From Ostreococcus lucimarinus (taxonomy: Eukaryota): 64,000 bases of DNA. A model generated the notes under the pieces. It had not been told where the DNA came from, did no database searches, and saw only the letters and a list, made by a program, of their open reading frames with translations. Each line of letters begins with the position of its first letter. Position 1 is the first letter of the stretch. Location: assembly GCA_000092065.1 (NCBI GenBank), contig CP000600.1; one strand, written 5' to 3'. A program made the translations under genes and the position numbers. Below are positions 21,734 to 31,610 of the stretch, piece by piece.

Positions 21734-22855
21734 CTAGGTGCGATCTTTTCGTCTGCGGTTCATGAACCAGATGCGTATGGAAGACGGCGAACTCGCGCCG
21801 ACGTCGGCGGCGATTTCGGCCAGGGCTGAAGACTTCGGCACGCGGGTGCCGGTTTGGAATAAACGCTCGAGCGTAGCCTTTTGTTCCGAGCTAAAGCGCG
21901 CTCTCGCGCGATGGCGTTTCTCCGCGGTGCCGTTATCGTTGCAGTTATCCTTCCGTCTCTTCTTGTCGCCCGTTTTCGGCGAAGAAGTCGCGGCGTTGGA
22001 GCCGACGTTTTTATTTTGCAGCGCCGCGAGCATCTCCGCCTTTGTCTTGTTGGACCTTTTCCATCCGAGCTCTTCGGCTTCGCCTTCGTAAGCCTCGTCG
22101 TCGCCGAACATGTCGCTGTTTAATTTGACGTAATCCACCTTAGTTCGCCGCCGCGGGCCTTCGATGATTAGATCGGACTCTGATTCGCTGCTCGACTCTT
22201 CGCTCGACGAGCGCGCGCTACCGCTCAGCGCCTCGTTTTCGTCATCACGCCCGTCGTCGCTCGCGCGTCCGTGATCGAAGTCTTCGTCCTCGCTTTCATC
22301 ACTCGGCCATGCCTCTTCATGCGCGTGCGCAAACTGCGCGGTTCCGGGAACGATGCCCTTCTCCTGCATCTCAGCCTCAGCCTTGAACACGTCCTCGGCG
22401 ACGCACTTTTGCCCCAAGTCTTGTTCGTATTCGTCGTTGAGAACGTAAATGACGTCCACTCGCGCGTCGCACAGCGGGCACAGCCAACCTTCGTCATCCG
22501 GTGGAATGTCTTCCGTCTTCACCGCAGGCACCACGCACGACTGATGGTACGCCCGATCGCAAAACCCATCGCAAAGCAAAATATCGTCCTCCTCCCTGTC
22601 GTCCGCCATCGCGCACTTGCTACAAAATATATCCGCCGCGTCCGTCTCCCCGAGCTCATCCTCCACCGTCGTGATCTCGCGCTCGTTCGGATCGAACTCT
22701 AACCCCTTAAACAACTCTCTGATCTTCACTTTACCCTTAAAAATCTTTTCTCGCGCCAACGCCAGCTCGCCGAGCGGTTTCGGTTTCTGCGAAGCCGCCC
22801 CGCGCCACCCGTCGCCGGCGTACGCGTCCAACAGCGACTGATGTCTTCGAATCAT
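21734..22855 (-). CDS. PHD-finger homeodomain protein (plant HAT3.1/PRHA-like)
   Basis: PHD Cys4-His-Cys3 (CSKCAM..LLCDGFCDRAYHQSCV..WLCPLCDAR). C-terminal homeodomain (RFSSEQKATLERLFQ...IRIWFMNRRRK). The ORF-track start is GTG, so the start was trimmed to the first ATG (MIRRHQ). Confidence 0.8.
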   Translation of the reverse strand: MIRRHQSLLDAYAGDGWRGAASQKPKPLGELALAREKIFKGKVKIRELFKGLEFDPNEREITTVEDELGETDAADIFCSKCAMADDREEDDILLCDGFCDRAYHQSCVVPAVKTEDIPPDDEGWLCPLCDARVDVIYVLNDEYEQDLGQKCVAEDVFKAEAEMQEKGIVPGTAQFAHAHEEAWPSDESEDEDFDHGRASDDGRDDENEALSGSARSSSEESSSESESDLIIEGPRRRTKVDYVKLNSDMFGDDEAYEGEAEELGWKRSNKTKAEMLAALQNKNVGSNAATSSPKTGDKKRRKDNCNDNGTAEKRHRARARFSSEQKATLERLFQTGTRVPKSSALAEIAADVGASSPSSIRIWFMNRRRKDRT

Positions 22856-22983
22856 CGCAAACTGCGACTGAATCCGCGAGCGCACCGTCGCATACGGCGA
22901 CTATCCGCGCGCGCATCGCGCGTCATCGTCAGTCTTCGCGCGGCGTCCACCTCTCTCTCGCGCGTTCGCGTCCGCCGTCGATT

Positions 22984-23022
22984 TCGAATTCCAAATTCCA
23001 AATTCCAAATTCCAAATTCCAC
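22984..23022. repeat. (AATTCCA)5 heptanucleotide microsatellite in divergent promoter
   Basis: gaattccaaattccaaattccaaattccaaattcc seen directly; lies between the PHD-homeobox (-) and E(z) (+) starts. Confidence 0.6.
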
Positions 23023-23407
23023 GCTCCGCGTTCGAGCTCGCGTCTCTCGCGCCTCGTTCGCCTCTTCCGCGCGTCGCCGTCGCCGTTCGCGCACCTCGTT
23101 CGCTCGCGCGCGTCCGTCGTCGTCCTTCCTCGGTCGTCCGCGCCGTCGCGTCGTCTCGTCTCTCGTTCGCGCGCCGCCTCGCGCGCGTCCTCCCGTCGCG
23201 CGCGCGCGCGCGCCGCGCCCCGATCCGCGCGCGCCGCGCGCGCCGTCGTCGTCGTCGCTCGCGGTCGGGTCGTAGCGCCGCGTCGGCGCGCGCGCGCGAC
23301 CGCGTCGGCGCCGCATCGACGAACGCGACGCGGCGCACACTGCCGCGCGTCGCCGCGTCGCCGTCGCGTCGCGGTCGCGCGCGCGTCGCCGTCGCGCGGC
23401 GCGCGCG

Positions 23408-26350
23408 ATGACGACGCGCGCCGCGCGCGCGCCGCGCGCGGCGTCGCCGCGCGGCGCGGACGCGACGCGACGGCGCGACGGCGCGATCGACGCCGACGAC
23501 GCCGACGCGACGGCGACCGCGCGCGCGCGCGCGAGCGCGAACGACGCGCGCGCGCGATCGGCGGCGGTGCTGGACGTCGTCGATCTCACGCTCGACGTCG
23601 AGGCGCCGCGCGCGGCGACGGCGACGGCGACGGCGACGGCGGACGCGCGAGGCGACGCGACGCGCGGCGACGACGCCGAGGCGGTGAAGATCCTCGACGA
23701 CGGTTTGCCGACGTCGAAGCCGAAGGCGAGGGATGGAAAGCCGACGGCGCGATCGGGTGAGAATGGAAAGTCGCGCGCGTCGGGGTCGGGGCGGATCGAA
23801 CGCGTGGCGGAGGTGCTGCAGTCGCCCGAGAAGGCGTGGCCGCGAGAGGAGGCGGCGGCGGAGGACGACGACGACGCGAAGGTTTCGGTGAGTTTTGAAC
23901 TCGAGTTCTGCGCGGCGATGCGAGAGGGGTTGGAGGGAAGACGGACGGAGGCGATGGAGGCGATGGAGACGCTCGAAGCGACGGTGGGATCGAGGGTGTT
24001 TCAGAACGCGGACGCGGCGGCGGCGGAGGCGCGGACGAGGACGAGGAGCGCGGCGAAGCGCGCGCGTAGGATTTTTCGGGAGGAAACTAAGCTTTGGGCG
24101 GCGGCGGTGGTGAAAGCGCAGCAACTGACGATAGACGATGACGTGCCGTCGACGTCGGAACCCGTCGCGATGGAGTTGCCGTTTTGGCAGCGCATCTCGA
24201 GCGAGCACCTGGGCGCGTCGAGCGCGAGGAATACGAAGATTTTCACGCAGCGCACCGAACGGCCGTATTCGAGTGATCCGACCGATGTAAGCGGCTGGAA
24301 GCTGCAAACAATAGTAGGGCGACAATCTGTACCTCGAATAGACATCGGTAGCGCCAAGGCGGTGCCGCCCTACGCTTACTTTGCGTACTCGACGCACTGC
24401 AACTCGTACGAGGCGGAAGGAAACGTCTCGCGCCTACTCTTCAGGGACGACGATGGAGAGTTCTTAGAATCAGATCCCGTCGATCGGCGCGAAGACGAGA
24501 GTAATGAGCTCACTCGCGAGCAGGAAATCATCATGTGCGCGATATGCGCGGAGTTTAGCGAGTTCATTTTGACAGAAAAAGAAGTCGTGCGAGGGGTGAA
24601 TCGCGAAGACGGCGTGAAAGCCGTCGTGGTACAAACAGCCGAATATTTGAACTTGGACGAAAACCAAGTCAAGGATTGGTTTGATGAGACGCGCACGAAG
24701 CACAGCACGAGCCGTGCATGGTGTATGTTTCTCGAAGTTGCCTCGCACGTACGCAAGTTGATGGGCTTCTCCTCGGCGCATTGGCGCGCGAAGATGGCAA
24801 ACACATTCAGCGTTCTCGAAACTCTCGGGATCAGCGAATTGTTCTGGCGGAAGTTTTCGCGAATCATCATCAATTGTCCGACGCTCGCTCCGTTGAAAAA
24901 GCCTGTCATCGTGTTTGACAATCTCAACGAAGCCATGGATCAGCTCGCCGGCATGTTTTGTCCGCGATGCTTCATCTTTGATTGCAGAACGCACGGGTCG
25001 TTGCAGCCCAAGTCGGAAGGCAGGAAGCTTGATGCGGAAAGAAAGCTTGCATGGCGCGAGCGCATGGCAAAGAGCGGCATGTCTGCGGAAAAGCCGTTAG
25101 CTGAGCGACGATGTTCGACAGATTGCTGGTATCAAACAGAAGAGTACAAGTACTACTCTGCGCAGACAACCTGCGCACCATGCGATCCCACAGAAACTCT
25201 CAATCGTCCGTCGACGAAAGATCCGTTCATCGAGACGACGAGGAAATGGCGCAACGCGATGGATATTGAAGTCTTGAAGAAGGCTGTCAAAATAATCGGT
25301 GAGAAAACCACGGCGTGCGAGGCAGCGTTGTTCTTTGGCCGTCGTCGCACGTGCGCCGAAGTCGGGAAGCAAATGCACTGTTTGGATCTCATCAACCTTG
25401 GAACTGTGGTGAAGGAAGAAGAGCGCGACGCGATGGATGAAGATACCGACGAATTGAGTAATCCGAAGAAGCGCAAACGCGCGCCGACGGGGGTCAAAAA
25501 TCCAACAATTGCGCGACGATTGAAGATGCAAAAGGATGCCGATTTTCTGGAAACGCAATACTCCCCGTGCGAATGCGTCGGCGCTTGTGACGCTAACACG
25601 TGCTCCTGCATTAAGAATGGTACCTTTTGTGAGAGATTTTGCAACTGTGGACCGAAGTGTCACAACGAGTTCGAGGGTTGCAAGTGCGACAGTACGAAGC
25701 GCGCAACGTGCGGCACAAGAACGTGTCCGTGCTACGCCGCCGGTCGCGAATGCACGCCAGATAAATGTAAACGGTGTTGCAAGACCGCTGATGCGTACTC
25801 TTTGCCCGCTCGTAAAAGGTATGGCCTCGTCGATCCGAACATGCAACTGCCCATGCCGGCGTTTCCGTGTGAGAACATGAAGCTACAACTTCGACAGAAG
25901 GAGCACATTTGTTTGGGTCGAAGCGGTGTTGCCGGTTGGGGTGCGTTCGTGTTGAAAGGCGCTCGGAAAGGAGAGTTCATCGGCGAATACGTCGGCGAAC
26001 TCGTGACTCAGGACGAAGCCGAACGTCGAGGAACGGTGTACGATGTCAACAACTGCTCGTACTTGTTCAATCTCAACAGCGAATGGTGCGTCGACGCTCA
26101 ATACAGAGGGAACAAACTGCGCTTTGCCAATCACTCGAAGAACCCGAATTGCGTGCCTCGCGTTCTCGCGGTGAATGGTGATCATCGACTGGCGCTGATA
26201 TCAGACAAAGACATCAAACCAGGCGATGAATTACTGTTCGACTACAATTACAAGGACGAAGTCGCACCCGACTGGCACGAGAAAAACGCATCGACGTTGC
26301 CCAAGTCGAAGCACCTTCCAACGAAAAGCGCGAAGAAATCATCGAACTGA
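23408..26350 (+). CDS. Enhancer-of-zeste-like histone H3K27 methyltransferase (CXC + SET domains)
   Basis: CXC domain (CNCGPKCHNEFEGCKCDSTKRATCGTRTCPCYAAGRECTPDKCKRCC). SET domain (GWGAFVLKGARKGEFIGEYVGELV...RFANHSKNPNC...GDELLFDYNY). Low-complexity Arg/Ala/Asp N-terminus. TGTAA about 35 nt after the stop. Confidence 0.85.
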   Translation: MTTRAARAPRAASPRGADATRRRDGAIDADDADATATARARASANDARARSAAVLDVVDLTLDVEAPRAATATATATADARGDATRGDDAEAVKILDDGLPTSKPKARDGKPTARSGENGKSRASGSGRIERVAEVLQSPEKAWPREEAAAEDDDDAKVSVSFELEFCAAMREGLEGRRTEAMEAMETLEATVGSRVFQNADAAAAEARTRTRSAAKRARRIFREETKLWAAAVVKAQQLTIDDDVPSTSEPVAMELPFWQRISSEHLGASSARNTKIFTQRTERPYSSDPTDVSGWKLQTIVGRQSVPRIDIGSAKAVPPYAYFAYSTHCNSYEAEGNVSRLLFRDDDGEFLESDPVDRREDESNELTREQEIIMCAICAEFSEFILTEKEVVRGVNREDGVKAVVVQTAEYLNLDENQVKDWFDETRTKHSTSRAWCMFLEVASHVRKLMGFSSAHWRAKMANTFSVLETLGISELFWRKFSRIIINCPTLAPLKKPVIVFDNLNEAMDQLAGMFCPRCFIFDCRTHGSLQPKSEGRKLDAERKLAWRERMAKSGMSAEKPLAERRCSTDCWYQTEEYKYYSAQTTCAPCDPTETLNRPSTKDPFIETTRKWRNAMDIEVLKKAVKIIGEKTTACEAALFFGRRRTCAEVGKQMHCLDLINLGTVVKEEERDAMDEDTDELSNPKKRKRAPTGVKNPTIARRLKMQKDADFLETQYSPCECVGACDANTCSCIKNGTFCERFCNCGPKCHNEFEGCKCDSTKRATCGTRTCPCYAAGRECTPDKCKRCCKTADAYSLPARKRYGLVDPNMQLPMPAFPCENMKLQLRQKEHICLGRSGVAGWGAFVLKGARKGEFIGEYVGELVTQDEAERRGTVYDVNNCSYLFNLNSEWCVDAQYRGNKLRFANHSKNPNCVPRVLAVNGDHRLALISDKDIKPGDELLFDYNYKDEVAPDWHEKNASTLPKSKHLPTKSAKKSSN

Positions 26351-26432
26351 TCGAACAAAGATGTATAGTCAATGTAAGTACATACAAACTACCGAATCTA
26401 ACGATTGCGCGTACGCACCACTGCGTTGCACT

Positions 26433-29237
26433 TCAATTTCTATCTTCGCTCGATTCGCGCAAGAATTCTCCTCGACCTCGACCGCGGCCTCGCCCACGGC
26501 CGCGACCTCGACCTCGACCTGCACCCGCCACCCAGGGCGGAGGTCGAGCACCGCGAACGCTACGAATCTTTTTTTGGCCTTGCGAGGTTTTCACATTCGT
26601 AAACTGTGAATCTGTCGGCAGCTCGATGGGCATGCCTTTTTCATCCGCGACGACGGCGGCTTTGCCGAGCGCGTGCGTTTGGAGCCGCTCACGAGCAACT
26701 TCCATAACTCCAAGGGCAGATATAGGTACAAAGACAACCTGTGCGCGATCACGAGACGCGATGGCTTCAAAAGCGGTTTCGACCGCCTTGCGAGCATCAT
26801 CTGTGTGCATATCAATCAGATCAAGCATGACGAGACCACCGATGTCGCGTAGGCGCAGCGTCCTTGCCACCAACTCAGCAGCGGCGATGTTTACCCGCAA
26901 GGCGACTTCTTCACCATCCTCTCCAGCGCCCATCGCCGTTCTGCCGGCATTGACGTCGATCGCTGTGAGTGCTTCCGTGTGCTGAATGACGATGTGAGCT
27001 CCAGAAAGTTCCGGCCCAAGGAAGATGCGTTCGGTCCCCATCATCGTCTCGATAACCTTGTCGACTTCGAGCGCCTTGAACACTGGCTCGGCGCCTTGGT
27101 GCAACACCACGCGATTTATTATTTCTTGCGAAGCACCCGTACGAAGCAAATCGTCTACGATGGTTTTGTACGATTCTTCAGTGTCCACGGTGAGCTTCGC
27201 TACGCGCTCACCGAACAAGTCGCGCACGAGAACTTGCTCGCGCGACGCGGCTTGTAACAAACGCCGAGGCGGAGGAGGTCTCAGCGTCAACTCGGCATGC
27301 CGTATAGCGCGCTCGGACTCTTCGACGATTGTATCCCAGTCCTCGGCGAGGCAACCGATATCGAGCTTGAGCGTGTCTTGATTCACGCCCGCGGCTTCCG
27401 TGCGCATAATCAACGCACTCCCTTTCGGACACACCGTCGCGCCGACGTCTTTCACATACTTTCGCGCTCGCCCCATGAGCTTACGGGACACGTACACGCC
27501 TTCACCATCCGGACAAAGTACAACATTTCGCCCCGGTAGCGTCGGACGCGCCGTTACTCGCGGACCTTTGTACCCACTACCAAGTCGTGTAACTTGCACG
27601 ACGACGGGCTGTCCAGGTTGCCACATCGAGTAGCACTCTTCTCGAAGACGTCGACGCGTCGACTTTGCGGTGACGACCTCGGCCTCTTCGTCGGTTTCGT
27701 CGTCGTCAATTTGTGCGCCGTCCTCGCTTTCGTCGTCTTCAGACGTCGCGTTTGAGTCTTCATCCGAGGACTCGGTCGCCGACGCCAAGTGCGGATCCTC
27801 ACACACGTCGGGCGTCCATCGGATCCATTTAGGGCGATTTTCCAGCCTCGACGATCGCTGCGATCGACCACCGGCACCGCGCCAAACTCCGCCCGTCGCT
27901 CCAGCCGTGGTGCTCTTCGCAGTTAATCTTCGGCTATAACTGCGACCTCCCGTCGCCGCGCCGGCGTCGTCGCTCGAGGCGAGCGTCGCGACCTTCTCCG
28001 CGCCTTCGATTCCTCCCCATGACACGTTCGCCGCGTCGTCGACGGGGCTGTTCAATCGCCACGCAAGCGCGGGGTTTTCGATGCCCTTTTGCATTAACGC
28101 GTACGGTGGTCCGTTACCCGTGAGATCCACGAGCACGCCCTGCATTCCGCTGATGACCTTGCTCACGGTGCCCATGTAAATGTCTCCCACCCGCATACCC
28201 TTACCGGGCTCTGTGCCGTGTTCGTGCCACAGCTCCACGAGCTCGCCTTCCTCTAAAATCGCGATCCTCACGCCAAAGTCTTCTTCGTTCGCCGCGTTGT
28301 ACACGATTTCCGTGTCTAAACCGCCCGTCATGTCCGCCACGTGGTCGCCCGGTTGGTACGAGTCGCGATCCGCCGAGTTCCAACCGCCGCGAGTCCCGGT
28401 CTCGACTTCATCGTCGCCCTCATCCACGCTCCGATCGATCGACGCATCCAACACGTCGTCGAAATCGCCGTCATCGTCTTCATCCGCGTTTTCGTCCGCT
28501 CGATCGTCCGCGCTCTCCGAAGTCGCCGCCGCCGCGCCGCCGTCCCGCCGCGCCGATTTCCCATCCCGAGCATCCTCCCTCCCGTTCCCGTACGCCAACC
28601 ACGCCCCCCCGGTTTCCACTTTATTTTCACTCACGCTCATATCCGTCACCATGGATATCGACACCTGAAACCGCGCGTCGTCGCTCGGCCACTCGCACCG
28701 CACCTCCGCGTTCGCGCACCGCCTCGGCGGCGTAAATCGCACCCCCTCTCCATCGCTCCATCGCACCACCTCCCCCTCCTCGTCCACGGTGACCAATTTA
28801 AATATTATCTCTTCCTCCAGCTCGCACCTCACCGTGCACGCGTGTCGATTTCGATCGCCCGACCCTCCCGCTCGCAACCGCGCCCTCGTCTCGCTCGCGT
28901 CCCACCGCCCCAACCCCTCCGCCGTCCCGCACGCCCTTACGCCGCGCTCGCCCGCGCGTTCGTCCAGCGCGCGATCGACGACGAACGTCACCGCGACGTC
29001 CTCGCGCAGGTTCGGCGCGACGTGTCCCCGCGCGCGTCGGTGCGGCCCTTTGCTCCGCGCGGCCGCCGTCGAGACCTCGCGTCGGCCGCGCGCGCGCGTC
29101 GCGCGTCGCGGTCGCGCCGCGGCGCGCGACGCCATCGCCGCGCGCGTCGAACGCGGCGTCGCGCGTCGGCGCGACGTCCCGCGGCGCGCTCTGCCGCTGC
29201 CGAGACGTCGCGCGGGACTCTTGGCGCCGCACTGCAT
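26433..29237 (-). CDS. RNE: Plastid-type ribonuclease E/G with N-terminal CBM20-like domain and C-terminal RG repeats
   Basis: S1 domain (MRVGDIYMGTVSKVISGMQGVLVDLTG). RNase E catalytic core (LKLDIGCLAEDWD...AIDVNAGR...IGGLVMLDLIDMH). CBM20-like N-terminal block (VAVTFVVD..LGRWD..FKLVTVDEEGEVVRWSDGEGVRFTPP). C-terminal (RG)13. Transit-peptide-like start. Confidence 0.85.
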   Translation of the reverse strand: MQCGAKSPARRLGSGRARRGTSRRRATPRSTRAAMASRAAARPRRATRARGRREVSTAAARSKGPHRRARGHVAPNLREDVAVTFVVDRALDERAGERGVRACGTAEGLGRWDASETRARLRAGGSGDRNRHACTVRCELEEEIIFKLVTVDEEGEVVRWSDGEGVRFTPPRRCANAEVRCEWPSDDARFQVSISMVTDMSVSENKVETGGAWLAYGNGREDARDGKSARRDGGAAAATSESADDRADENADEDDDGDFDDVLDASIDRSVDEGDDEVETGTRGGWNSADRDSYQPGDHVADMTGGLDTEIVYNAANEEDFGVRIAILEEGELVELWHEHGTEPGKGMRVGDIYMGTVSKVISGMQGVLVDLTGNGPPYALMQKGIENPALAWRLNSPVDDAANVSWGGIEGAEKVATLASSDDAGAATGGRSYSRRLTAKSTTAGATGGVWRGAGGRSQRSSRLENRPKWIRWTPDVCEDPHLASATESSDEDSNATSEDDESEDGAQIDDDETDEEAEVVTAKSTRRRLREECYSMWQPGQPVVVQVTRLGSGYKGPRVTARPTLPGRNVVLCPDGEGVYVSRKLMGRARKYVKDVGATVCPKGSALIMRTEAAGVNQDTLKLDIGCLAEDWDTIVEESERAIRHAELTLRPPPPRRLLQAASREQVLVRDLFGERVAKLTVDTEESYKTIVDDLLRTGASQEIINRVVLHQGAEPVFKALEVDKVIETMMGTERIFLGPELSGAHIVIQHTEALTAIDVNAGRTAMGAGEDGEEVALRVNIAAAELVARTLRLRDIGGLVMLDLIDMHTDDARKAVETAFEAIASRDRAQVVFVPISALGVMEVARERLQTHALGKAAVVADEKGMPIELPTDSQFTNVKTSQGQKKIRSVRGARPPPWVAGAGRGRGRGRGRGRGRGRGEFLRESSEDRN

Positions 29238-29403
29238 CGCGCGCGCGATGCAACAAAGAGCGCGACCGGGCGGCGCGACGCGCGACCTGGGCGTCGCGTG
29301 CGCGTTCGTGCTGTGCGTGTTCGTCGCGTGCCTGGCGCTCGCGCGACGCGCGGCGAGGCAGCCGCCGATTAAGCTCGCGAAGCGGGACTAGCGCGCGTGC
29401 GAA

Positions 29404-30762
29404 ATGCCGCGCGCGGTCGTCGACGCGCGCGCGACGACGCGAATCGGACGCGCGACGGAGTACCGGACGCGACGCGCGACGGCGCGCGCGACGACGGAGG
29501 CGACGCGCGTGGCGGTGGTCGGCGGCGGGTTCGCGGGCGTCGCCGCGGCGTTTCGGACGCTCGAGGAGGCGAACGCGCGGGGACGCGCGGTCGAGCTGAC
29601 GCTGATCGACGGCGCGGGCGTCGGGGGCGGGGCGTCCGGCGTCGCGGCGGGACTGCTGCATCCGTACACGCCGCGAGGGAAGACGATCTGGCGAGGCGAG
29701 GAGGGCGCGGCGAGGGCGAGGCGGTTGCTCGACGCGGCGGCGCGCGCGGAGGACGCGATGGACGCGATGGGCGCCGAAAGGAGCGATGACGCGGACGGGG
29801 GGTGGCGGGACGACGCGGGGAGGAACACGGGGGAGCGGCGGGGCGAGCGCGTGGCGAGCGCGCCGGGAATCGTGCGACCGGCGAGGTCGGCGAAGCAGGG
29901 GAGGGATTTCGCGGCGAACGCGGGACGCGGGGACGACGACGACGACGCGGCGTTCGCGGTGAAGCGCGTGACGACGGACGAGGTCGTCGCGATGTGTCCG
30001 GGGTTGGAGTTCACGAGCGACGTCATCGAGGCGGAGAGGAACGGCGAGGCGTGCGCCGGCGGGATGTTCGTTCCGAACGGCGTCGTCGTGGACGCGCCGA
30101 GATATTTAACCGCGCTCTGGGACGCGTGCGGCATACTCGCGTCGCGCGGCGCGGCGGGCACGCGCGCGACGTTGCGCATCGCCGAGGTCGACGATGTGAA
30201 GGCGCTGTTGGATGAATTCGATCAAGTGGCGCTGTGTTGCGGCGCCGGCGTCGCCGCGCTCTTTGACTTTGAAACGATCCCGGTGTCGTTGCAAGGCGGG
30301 CACGTGCTCGAGCTCAAGCCCGAGGGCCTGAGCGTGGGCATTTTAGGCACCACGTACGTCGCACCGCTCGGCGACGATCGCGCCATGATCGGTCCGACGA
30401 AAGAGTACGACGCCACGCCCGAGGATTGCGCTCGCTCTGGCGTCGTGGACGACGTCGACGACGAACGATCCGCGCGCGCGATTTCAGAGCTTCGCGAGCT
30501 CGGCGCGCGCGCGTACCCGCCGTGCGCGAATTGGGAATTCTTGCGTCTCAAGTACGGCGTGCGCGCCAATCCACCGCGCACGCACGCCGGCGCGCTTCCG
30601 CTCGCGGGATCCGTCCACGTGGACGGCCGCCGATGTTGGTTCGCCGCCGGCCTCGGCGCGCGCGGTCTCATCTACCACGGCCTTCTCGCCGACTGGCTCT
30701 CGAGCGCGATTCTAGACGACGACATAAACGCCATACCCGTAGACGTCCGTCGGACGTGTTAG
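29404..30762 (+). CDS. FAD-dependent oxidoreductase (DAO/glycine-oxidase-like family)
   Basis: Rossmann dinucleotide motif VAVVGGGFAGVAAAF, followed by GLLHPYTP. C-terminal WFAAGLGARGLIYHG is typical of DAO-family enzymes. Confidence 0.6.
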   Translation: MPRAVVDARATTRIGRATEYRTRRATARATTEATRVAVVGGGFAGVAAAFRTLEEANARGRAVELTLIDGAGVGGGASGVAAGLLHPYTPRGKTIWRGEEGAARARRLLDAAARAEDAMDAMGAERSDDADGGWRDDAGRNTGERRGERVASAPGIVRPARSAKQGRDFAANAGRGDDDDDAAFAVKRVTTDEVVAMCPGLEFTSDVIEAERNGEACAGGMFVPNGVVVDAPRYLTALWDACGILASRGAAGTRATLRIAEVDDVKALLDEFDQVALCCGAGVAALFDFETIPVSLQGGHVLELKPEGLSVGILGTTYVAPLGDDRAMIGPTKEYDATPEDCARSGVVDDVDDERSARAISELRELGARAYPPCANWEFLRLKYGVRANPPRTHAGALPLAGSVHVDGRRCWFAAGLGARGLIYHGLLADWLSSAILDDDINAIPVDVRRTC

Positions 30763-30835
30763 CGACGTGTGATTCACCGCAGTCGAACCGCGTCCCGCTC
30801 GCGCTCGCCGCACTTCGCGTCCCGCGTCCCCGATC

Positions 30836-31507
30836 ATGCGCGTCCACGCCGTGCGCCTCGACCCCGGTCAGGACTTGAAGCGGTCCCTGTTGGAGTACTG
30901 CAGCGCGCAGAACCTCGCCAGCGCGTGGATTCTCACCGCCGTCGGCTCTCTGCGCGCCGCCAACATCCGCTTGGCCCACCACGACAAGTTTCTCGGCGCC
31001 GGCGCGAACGCCGTCCTGGCGCTTCCCGATCAAAAGTTTGAGATCTGCTCGCTCGTCGGAACGATATCGCGCGCGGGCGCGAGCTGTCACCTGCACGTCT
31101 CGCTCGCGGACAGGCGAGGGGACTGCGTCGGGGGACACGTGCTGGAGGGCAACGTCGTGTTCACGACGTGCGAAATCGTGCTCGGAAGCTCGTCGACGAT
31201 GGCGTTCGATCGCGAGCTGGACGAGAGGACCGGATTCGATGAGCTCGTGGTGCGAGAGGCGGGCGCGGGGGCGGAGACGGGGGCGGGAGAGACGAGAGGA
31301 AAGACGGCGCGAAGAGCGCGACAGTTACGAGCGGAGGCTCGCGAACGCGAGCTTCGCGCGGCGGCGGGGGAACGCGAGCGGGCGCGAGGGTTGTTCGAGT
31401 GGTTAGTGAAGGTCATCGTGCCGAAACCTGGTGCGAGGCGCGCGGAGTCTGATGAAGAAGAGGAGGGGGAGGAGGAGGAAGGCGCGGCGGCGGACGCGCC
31501 GCGATGA
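30836..31507 (+). CDS. PPC/DUF296 domain protein (AHL-like) with acidic C-terminus
   Basis: PPC pattern MRVHAVRLDPGQDL..AWILTAVGSL..FEICSLVGTIS..HLHVSLAD..GGHVLEGNVVFTTCEIVLG. Confidence 0.65.
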   Translation: MRVHAVRLDPGQDLKRSLLEYCSAQNLASAWILTAVGSLRAANIRLAHHDKFLGAGANAVLALPDQKFEICSLVGTISRAGASCHLHVSLADRRGDCVGGHVLEGNVVFTTCEIVLGSSSTMAFDRELDERTGFDELVVREAGAGAETGAGETRGKTARRARQLRAEARERELRAAAGERERARGLFEWLVKVIVPKPGARRAESDEEEEGEEEEGAAADAPR

Positions 31508-31610
31508 AAAAGTTGTAACAGTGAATGAAATGTGATGATGCTTACACGGTGGTGACCTCTATTGGTACAATCGAAATCTCTTCTACTAAACAATCCGTTC
31601 CTTTCGTTCT
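31508..31610. terminator. Shared convergent 3' region with TGTAA poly(A)-signal-like motifs on both strands
   Basis: aaagttgtaacagtg on the + strand just after the PPC-gene stop. ccgtgtaagcatc on the - strand just after the FtsH stop. TGTAA is the chlorophyte poly(A) signal from established knowledge. Confidence 0.4.

Noticed and set aside
29100-29237. Whether RNase E starts at the downstream Met (MASRAAARPRRA) rather than 29237.
   Set aside because: Cannot be decided from sequence. Both are in frame and transit-peptide-like. The longer ORF call is kept and flagged.
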